Below, one piece after another: positions 32,529-38,094 of a stretch of DNA of 38,094 bases (position 1 is its first letter; each line of letters starts with the position of its first letter). The stretch covers positions 1 through 38,094 of the forward strand of contig CAIUXU010000189.1 of assembly GCA_903903205.1 (NCBI GenBank), in the 5' to 3' direction. The notes beneath the pieces are model-generated. The model saw only the letters and a program-made list of their open reading frames with translations. It was not told the DNA's origin and made no database searches. This DNA is from an uncultured Syntrophobacterales bacterium. GTDB taxonomy: Bacteria > Desulfobacterota > Syntrophia > Syntrophales > UBA5619. Made by a program: the position numbers and the translations under genes.

Positions 32529-32737
32529 TGCAATTTAATACGCCCATCACCATCGCGGAAATAGACAAACTGGATGAGACGTTCACATTCAGACTCCCCG
32601 AGGCGACGAAAAAACAAGTGGATAAGCTCTCCTCGCAGCAGAAAAAAAAGCTGTCAATGTCGTTATTGTTGACCACTGCCGAGATCCTCCACGAGGCTAC
32701 TTTTGATGCGCGGAAGTATTTAAGCACTGCGGATTAA
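32525..32737 (+). CDS. Hypothetical early protein
   Basis: 70-aa ORF with an ATGA overlap with the cro-like gene. Confidence 0.5.
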   Translation: MMQFNTPITIAEIDKLDETFTFRLPEATKKQVDKLSSQQKKKLSMSLLLTTAEILHEATFDARKYLSTAD

Positions 32738-32785
32738 TTGTAGCAACGAGAACAATGTCCACTTAGTTTTTGATGGGGGCTCTCC

Positions 32786-33136
32786 ATGAACGAACGCGAC
32801 GAAATTCAAGCACTTAAAGACAGAATCGAACGCCTTGAACACTGTATAGTTTTTGGCAAACCACCGGATATTGCCGACCAGATGCTTTGTGACGCGATCG
32901 AGCGGGGAGATCGAAAAACCGTCGCGTTATGGGCCGCATCACAGACGCCCAACAGCCTTCTTCCACCGGAGCTGGAGGACAACCCAGTGACCAGAGTACA
33001 GGTCGCGAAACGTGGAAATCTTGACAGACACCGGAGAACGTCAAGACCCGGACCGAGCGGGAACGCCTACGCCAACGCACAGCGCATGGGAGCCTCGGGA
33101 ACCGATCGCACCGGCAGCACGGCGACAAACTGCTGA
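32786..33136 (+). CDS. Hypothetical early protein
   Basis: 116-aa ORF with an N-terminal coiled coil and a low-complexity tail. Confidence 0.45.
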   Translation: MNERDEIQALKDRIERLEHCIVFGKPPDIADQMLCDAIERGDRKTVALWAASQTPNSLLPPELEDNPVTRVQVAKRGNLDRHRRTSRPGPSGNAYANAQRMGASGTDRTGSTATNC

Positions 33137-33271
33137 GCAATCGTACGGCGAGACAGCCGGAGAGACGGCAGGCGGGTTCCTGGAGTAGCCGATTGAAACC
33201 AGGGGGCGAAAACTTCTCTGGAAGGCTGGGGTGTAAACCAACCGCCCCAGCCAACCTTAAAGGAGGATGAC

Positions 33272-33448
33272 ATGAAAGAGGCAAGGCAAGCAATTCTACA
33301 AGGGATGGACGACCCAAAGCAGGCCGCGACGGATATCGCTTTTGTGTGCGTCCTGTTATCGCTGATCCTCGGGTTTTGTTCATGGTACGCAGTCCCGATT
33401 CCGCCGCCTACAAACCTGATCCCCGAACCACCGGAGGCGAAGCAGTGA
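33272..33448 (+). CDS. Small 58-aa membrane protein
   Basis: Not in the track. AAGGAGGA lies 4 nt before ATG 33272. The TM segment is IAFVCVLLSLILGFCSWYAV. The TGA overlaps the next GTG start. Confidence 0.5.
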   Translation: MKEARQAILQGMDDPKQAATDIAFVCVLLSLILGFCSWYAVPIPPPTNLIPEPPEAKQ

Positions 33449-33639
33449 ACCATTCCTGGAAAGATGGCGTCACTGTTTCCGACGAACCGTACCGCCTCCG
33501 TCAAAACCGCGGCGTGGTCGGCCATATTCAGTCCGCCAACTTCATAACCAACGAGGTCACTGTCTTCGATGATTCGTCCATCGTGTATTGGCACGGAACC
33601 TCGCAGGAATTCGACTACTATTGGGAGGAATGCTTGTGA
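33445..33639 (+). CDS. Hypothetical early protein
   Basis: GTG 33445 (GTGA overlap), with GGAGG 7 nt upstream. 64 aa. Confidence 0.45.
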   Translation: MNHSWKDGVTVSDEPYRLRQNRGVVGHIQSANFITNEVTVFDDSSIVYWHGTSQEFDYYWEECL

Positions 33640-33854
33640 TGAAACGCCGCTGGCTGTTTGTTGTCGAAACCGACCAGGGCGTCGGATACCTCCTCGAAAC
33701 AGGCGGAATGGTACGCTTCCCAGATGAAGCCACAGAATGGGTCGGCACAAGCCCCGCAGCGGACATAGAAGCGAAACGCCGGATGGATGCCTACGACCAG
33801 TTGACCGGCGGCTATGTGAACCGGATCATCTATGAATCAAAAGGGAGGGCATAA
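33639..33854 (+). CDS. Hypothetical early protein
   Basis: ATG 33639 overlaps the previous stop, with GGGAGGA upstream. 71 aa. Confidence 0.45.
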   Translation: MKRRWLFVVETDQGVGYLLETGGMVRFPDEATEWVGTSPAADIEAKRRMDAYDQLTGGYVNRIIYESKGRA

Positions 33855-33856
33855 CC

Positions 33857-34228
33857 ATGATCGGCCTGACAACACATCCCGGAAAATATGAAGAGGTCGG
33901 CGCGGAGATCGGCCGCCTGGTGGACAAAAAGCAGCAGGCATACGGGCGATCCTTTGAGACCTGCGAAAAGGCGCTGGCGCTTTTATGCCCGGACAAGCTA
34001 CGCGCCGATCAGTACGGCCTGGCCCTGGCCTTCGCCCGTTCCTGGGACAAATGGAGCCGCCTCTTCTCCGACCCCACCGCCTTCGGCGAAGAGCCCAAAA
34101 AAGACCTCGCCGGATATGCCCTTTTGATGAATGGCGATTTGGAAGTTGACCCCCCCGGGGGGGTATGTTGCAAACCTTCAGTCGATTCAAAGAAAGAATT
34201 TCTCGAACCCTTTAAGGAGGTCAACTAA
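33857..34228 (+). CDS. Hypothetical protein (all-alpha, possibly DUF1599/MazG-like)
   Basis: AAGGGAGGG RBS. The pattern KKQQAYGRSFE...SWDKWSRL...DLAGYALL only weakly recalls DUF1599-type proteins. Confidence 0.35.
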   Translation: MIGLTTHPGKYEEVGAEIGRLVDKKQQAYGRSFETCEKALALLCPDKLRADQYGLALAFARSWDKWSRLFSDPTAFGEEPKKDLAGYALLMNGDLEVDPPGGVCCKPSVDSKKEFLEPFKEVN

Positions 34229-34683
34229 TGGAAACAAGACAATTCAATCTTTCTTTTCATGGCAGCCGAACCCTAAAGGACGAACGCATCCGAATCATTA
34301 TCCTGGAAGAAATCGAAAAACACAAACCATCCACAATCGTTACCCATGCAGAACCCGAGGGAGTTTGTGAAATGGCAAGGCAAATTGCCAGGGAAAAAGC
34401 GATTCCGCTCAAAGTGCATTTCTTGAATTTCAAATTCCTTCGCGGCGCCTTCGAGCACAGAAGCAAAGATGTTCTGAATGATTGCAATTTTAGCGTATTT
34501 ATTCACGACGGGAAAAGCAAGGGCACATCGAACGAGATAAAACTGGCCGAGAAAATGGGGATTGATCATCAATGTTACCTCTTGGATCAGACAAAATATA
34601 AGAGCAGCGTCGGTTTCGAGATCGACACCGCTTGGGATATTGAACCATTCGAAACAATGGAGCTCATGGATATAGATGTTTGA
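34228..34683 (+). CDS. SLOG/DUF2493-like protein
   Basis: FHGSRTL...STIVTHAEPEGVCEMARQIAREKAIPL...RGAFEHRSKDVL...VFIHDGKSKGTSNEIKLAEKMGI follows the DUF2493 layout (GSR...G.D..A..A...gi...RN...GT). TAATG overlap. Confidence 0.5.
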   Translation: METRQFNLSFHGSRTLKDERIRIIILEEIEKHKPSTIVTHAEPEGVCEMARQIAREKAIPLKVHFLNFKFLRGAFEHRSKDVLNDCNFSVFIHDGKSKGTSNEIKLAEKMGIDHQCYLLDQTKYKSSVGFEIDTAWDIEPFETMELMDIDV

Positions 34684-34763
34684 AATTCAAAGCGCCTGAC
34701 CATGCGAAAGGTTATTGATTTTCAACTGAAACATCTTTGTCGAAAGACCAAAGAGGAAAAGCC

Positions 34764-34985
34764 ATGAATTTCAGAGCGAAATACTACGCGAATCTGAGAG
34801 ACGGAAAGAGCATCTATCTCTGCTCAGGTCACATCGAAAAGGTTTCCCGAAAGATCGATGACGCTGGCCACATGCAGCTCAAACGAGGCGTCCGCTCCAT
34901 AGGGTCACTCTCCATCTACTCGCGAGAAACCTGTGTCGAATGTCGGCGCAATCATGGTTGGTCGTCCATTCCTGAGGTGAAATAG
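34764..34985 (+). CDS. Hypothetical early protein
   Basis: ATG 34764 is preferred over the track's TTG 34737. 73 aa. Confidence 0.4.
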   Translation: MNFRAKYYANLRDGKSIYLCSGHIEKVSRKIDDAGHMQLKRGVRSIGSLSIYSRETCVECRRNHGWSSIPEVK

Positions 34986-35218
34986 TGCAACGAAATATCA
35001 CGATCACGCTTTCCAGCCAGCATGGTTCGCCCTGCCCCCCCCCGACCCCTCAGAATAGAATTCATATCAAGTGTCTACCGGGGGAACTATTCGAGTGGGT
35101 CCTCCGCCAGTGCCTCCAGATATACGGCACGCAGAACCCCAAAATATGGGTCCGGGTGAATTATGATTTTGGTGGGAAAATGGGAAAACGGTTTTTGACC
35201 ACGGGAGAGCAGGGATGA
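34985..35218 (+). CDS. Hypothetical early protein
   Basis: The GTG start overlaps the previous TAG. Its stop overlaps the helicase ATG (ATGA). Confidence 0.35.
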   Translation: MQRNITITLSSQHGSPCPPPTPQNRIHIKCLPGELFEWVLRQCLQIYGTQNPKIWVRVNYDFGGKMGKRFLTTGEQG

Positions 35219-36810
35219 CCGACGACGGGGACGAGAGCAAAAAGCTGACGGAGGAACGAGTGGCGCAGGAGGCGGCGGGGATCCCCCGGGCGGATGAGGC
35301 GCCGAAGGTGACGCGCAAGCTCATCAATGACTGCCTGTTCGCAAACGAACTCGGCGACGGGATTCTTTATGCGACGCTTTTCCGGGGCCGCTTCCTGTAC
35401 GCAAAAAGCACGACGACTTGGTACGAGTGGAACGGCAACTACTGGCAGCAGGACGTGATGAACCGCTCCCTGGCCGCCGTGGAAGATGTCGTCGCGCTAT
35501 ACCTCGGCGAGTACAAGAAAATCTCCTCTGAGGTTTCCGACGCGATAGCAAAGGGCGCCGATGCCAAGGGCGATCCGATAAAAAAGCTGGAGGGCCAGCA
35601 AGACCGTCTGCTCAAACGCGCCTCCGCACTCCGCGCAGCCGGTAAGCGCCGGGCGGCCTGCCTGGAGTTCGCCCACACGCTTCCAGAAAACCCGCTCGCT
35701 ATCAAGGGTGAGGAGTTCGACCAGCAGCCTTGGCTTTTCCCCTGCGCAAATGGCGTCCTGGATCTGCGCACCGGCCTGCTGAATCCCGGCGTCCCCGGCG
35801 ATTATCTGTCGCTGGCCAGCCCCATAGAATTTCTGGGCATTGATTACCCGGCGCCCCTCTGGGAGAAATCCCTCCTCGAAATCTTCAACGGCAAAAAAGA
35901 GATGGTCGCCTACATGCAGCGCCTGCTCGGGTATTGCATCACTGGCATCGTCAACCAGAAGGTCTTTCCGGTTTTGTATGGCCGCACCGGATGGAATGGC
36001 CGTAGCCTCATCGTCGAGACTGTCAATTATGTGATGGGCGCGATGGCCGCCACCATCCAGTCCGAGATGCTTCTGTCGCAAAGATTTTCCAAATCCTCCT
36101 CCGGTCCATCCCCAGACATCATGTCGCTGAAGGGTATCCGCCTGTCGTTCGCCTCTGAGATTGAAGAGAATCAACAGTTCAGCACCGCAAAAATCAAGAA
36201 GCTCACCGGCAAGAATACCCTGGTTGGCAGGCACCCGAACGACAAGTATGAAGTCCGCTTTGCACCGACGCAAAAGATCATGATCGAGACCAATATCCAG
36301 CCCTCGGCCCCGGCCAATGACAGGTCGTTCTGGGAGCGGATGCACCTGATTCCTTTTGATATCAGTTTTGTGAACCGCGATCCTATCGAGGCGCATGAGC
36401 GCCGGGCCATTATGGATCTCGATGATCAAGTCCGTAAAGAGGCGCCGGGAATTCTCGCCTGGCTGCTGCGCGGCTGTCTGTTCTGGCAGCAGCAGGGCTT
36501 GATGCCTCCACAGGAAGTGACCAACGCGGCGGCTGAATACCGGCGCAACGAGGATCTCCTCGGCGATTTCATCGAGGCTTGTTGTGTGCTCACCCCTGCC
36601 GCCAAGGTTTTATCCAAGGTGATCTACCAGCGCTACATCGCCTGGTACAAAGAGAATGTTGACTCGCGCGAAAAAAAGGAACCGACCATCACCGCGTTCG
36701 GCAAGCAGCTCGGGCGGGTTTTTGAGAAGCACCGCGTCAACGGCATCGTTGAATATATCGGCATCGATGTGAAGGATGCTCCCCCGGATGATACACAGTT
36801 GGGTGTGTAA
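35215..36810 (+). CDS. SF3 helicase, D5 N-terminal / P4-primase C-terminal family
   Basis: WLFPCANGVLDLRTGLLNP..PGDYL, MQRLLGYCITG, P-loop VLYGRTGWNGRSL (Arg where the family has Lys), KIKKLTGKNTLVGR, HLIPFDISF. Confidence 0.8.
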   Translation: MTDDGDESKKLTEERVAQEAAGIPRADEAPKVTRKLINDCLFANELGDGILYATLFRGRFLYAKSTTTWYEWNGNYWQQDVMNRSLAAVEDVVALYLGEYKKISSEVSDAIAKGADAKGDPIKKLEGQQDRLLKRASALRAAGKRRAACLEFAHTLPENPLAIKGEEFDQQPWLFPCANGVLDLRTGLLNPGVPGDYLSLASPIEFLGIDYPAPLWEKSLLEIFNGKKEMVAYMQRLLGYCITGIVNQKVFPVLYGRTGWNGRSLIVETVNYVMGAMAATIQSEMLLSQRFSKSSSGPSPDIMSLKGIRLSFASEIEENQQFSTAKIKKLTGKNTLVGRHPNDKYEVRFAPTQKIMIETNIQPSAPANDRSFWERMHLIPFDISFVNRDPIEAHERRAIMDLDDQVRKEAPGILAWLLRGCLFWQQQGLMPPQEVTNAAAEYRRNEDLLGDFIEACCVLTPAAKVLSKVIYQRYIAWYKENVDSREKKEPTITAFGKQLGRVFEKHRVNGIVEYIGIDVKDAPPDDTQLGV

Positions 36811-37215
36811 ATGAGAGGAATTTTCAGAAAAATGAATTTATTCAAAAAAAATGAAATTGCGTCACCTAACCATGTAACCATGTCAAAACGGCAGACACGG
36901 CCCGGTCTCGGTGCACGGTTGCCCCGCGCAGCATTTACCACTTATCTATCGGGAATAGCTGTAGATAGTTGGTTTGGGTGTGTTTTGGGATACATGGTTG
37001 GAGGGTTCTACGTAGGTTTATTCTCCTTGAAAAATGATTATTTTAAATTTTCGGCCCCATAGGGACAGACCATCCCTTACTATGTATCTCCAAAGGGGGG
37101 AGCTTATTGTATATTGTTTTTATTGTAATGAAATTAAATATATAGAAGAAAAAAAGAGAGAAAAAAGAGGAAAAAGCCAGAATTTCAAACCATGTATTTT
37201 GTTTGTAGAGGCGAA
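36811..37215. other. AT-rich ori-like intergenic region between helicase and primase (may also hold a low-GC 83-aa membrane ORF, 36811..37062)
   Basis: TAACCATGT occurs twice in tandem (36867-36883), with an inverted ACATGGTT (36992-36999) and a further AACCATGT (37188-37195). TTATTGTA occurs twice (37104, 37120). A 33-nt polypurine run spans 37144-37176. The region 37021-37215 is roughly 70% AT by eye. Confidence 0.4.
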
Positions 37216-38094
37216 ATGAATACGCTCGACCTGGCCATGAAAAATGTCGTCTTGAAAAAAGCATCCGGCACCAACGGCGGGGAGTGGCAAGGGCCTTGCC
37301 CGGCTTGCGGCGGGGATGATCGCTTTCATGTGTGGCCAGAACAGAACGAGGGGAAGGGCGCGTATTGGTGTCGGGGCTGCGGGAAGACGGGCGACAACAT
37401 TCAGTACCTGCGGGATTTTTGCGGTCTGTCGTTCCGGGATGCGTGCGCTGAGTTGCGGATCGATCTGCCTGCCGGGCGGAATGACTTTAAAACGCCTCCT
37501 CCGCAGCGGACAAAGCCGGTCTTCGCGCCGGTCTCTCACGCCTCACCTGCCGATTTATGGCAAGAGCACGCGGGTAAACTGGTCGCCTGGGCGCAAGGGT
37601 GCATCGAAAACAACCAGGAAATCCTCGTGTGGCTGGCTGCCAGGGGCATAAATCATGACGCGGTGGTGTCCTCATGCCTCGGCTGGAATCCTGGAGAGAC
37701 GGGAAAAGACCTCTACCGCCCCCGAAAATCGTGGGGCCTGCCGGAAATTCTCAAGGCGGATGGTCGACCGAAGGCGCTCTGCATCCCGCGCGGCCTAGTC
37801 ATCCCCTACATCTCCGGCGGTATCATCCAACGGATTCGGATCCGCCGCCCGGAACACCATCGGACAGAACAATGGCCCGCGCCCTATTACGTCCTTCCGG
37901 GTTCGGCGATGCCGACGATGCTACTCGGGCGGGAGCGGCGCGCGTTCGTCGTCGTCGAGTCGGAGTTGGATGCGATTGCCTGCTGCTCAGGAAAGTCCCT
38001 GGCTGGCGCCGTCGCCCTCGGGTCGGTCAGCGCGAAACCGGATGCGGATACCTTCACTGTCCTCCAGGGCGCGCTCCAGATCCTCAATGCACTC
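37216..38094 (+). CDS. DNA primase, N-terminal part (3' partial at window end; continues as 3..992)
   Basis: GAGG lies 5 nt before ATG 37216. T7 gp4/P4-like zinc ribbon: CPACGGDDRFHVW...YWCRGCGKTGD. It is open for 293 codons to the window edge, so it is absent from the ORF track. Joined with 3..992 it gives a 493-aa protein. Confidence 0.85.
   Translation, partial: MNTLDLAMKNVVLKKASGTNGGEWQGPCPACGGDDRFHVWPEQNEGKGAYWCRGCGKTGDNIQYLRDFCGLSFRDACAELRIDLPAGRNDFKTPPPQRTKPVFAPVSHASPADLWQEHAGKLVAWAQGCIENNQEILVWLAARGINHDAVVSSCLGWNPGETGKDLYRPRKSWGLPEILKADGRPKALCIPRGLVIPYISGGIIQRIRIRRPEHHRTEQWPAPYYVLPGSAMPTMLLGRERRAFVVVESELDAIACCSGKSLAGAVALGSVSAKPDADTFTVLQGALQILNAL
37706..38094. repeat. Right copy of the 389-bp window-end overlap
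   Basis: Offset is 37705. Mismatches fall at 37797, 37887, 37896, 37923, 37947, 37989 and 37995. Confidence 0.97.

Larger units (their letters stand above)
1..37705. mobile_element. One complete genome unit of a temperate lambda-like siphovirus (attP/int, immunity switch, replication, packaging, head, tail, lysis modules)
   Basis: All modules of a tailed temperate phage are present once. Sequence at 37706 onward restarts the sequence of position 1. No host housekeeping genes are present. Confidence 0.85.

Noticed and set aside
33067-33750. Minus-strand ORF of 227 aa spanning several small early genes
   Set aside because: The plus-strand small ORFs here have strong SD sequences and stop/start overlaps (33272, 33445, 33639). 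The antisense ORF has none and has a high-GC antisense composition.
35497-36429. Minus-strand ORF of 310 aa
   Set aside because: It is antisense to the SF3 helicase gene.
37034-37539. Track ORFs 37034..37219, 37043..37264 and 37120..37539 in and around the AT-rich gap
   Set aside because: These are low-complexity translations of AT-rich or polypurine DNA, or antisense to the primase N-terminus, with no start signals.

Overview
The window holds slightly more than one genome unit (37,705 bp) of a temperate, lambda-like siphovirus. Positions 37706-38094 repeat positions 1-389 at 382/389 identity. GC is roughly 60% by eye. Almost everything is on the + strand except a leftward integrase / PAS / repressor operon. 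Gene order: (1) a T7/DnaG-type primase split across the window ends, a Cys-rich ORF, a DUF5131 (Gp37/Gp68) protein, a TerS candidate, a GpA-type TerL and a small winged-HTH protein. (2) A noncoding/moron region with a phased 11-bp repeat array. (3) gpW, a lambda-type portal, an S78 protease/scaffold/major-capsid fusion and a DUF2190 decoration protein. (4) Head-tail and tail-completion genes, a 3-gene glycosyltransferase/methyltransferase cassette, the putative major tail protein, and a G/GT chaperone with a GGGAAAA -1 frameshift. (5) A 2.27-kb block of eight small genes, lower in GC over its first ~1.2 kb: zinc ribbons, a tail-anchored protein, a DUF5675-like putative lysin and a holin-like membrane protein. 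(6) A TP901-type tape measure, distal tail proteins including a BTLCP cysteine-peptidase domain, and a lectin-fold receptor-binding protein. (7) attP carrying a 3' fragment of tRNA-Lys(UUU), a tyrosine integrase, a PAS protein, an XRE repressor and a divergent XRE cro-like gene. (8) Small early genes, an SF3 (D5/P4-type) helicase and an AT-rich ori-like region. I saw no rRNA, complete tRNA, CRISPR array, transposase or reverse transcriptase. All family names come from motif recognition by eye against remembered family consensus, not from database searches. Several starts were re-placed relative to the ORF track using RBS and overlap logic.
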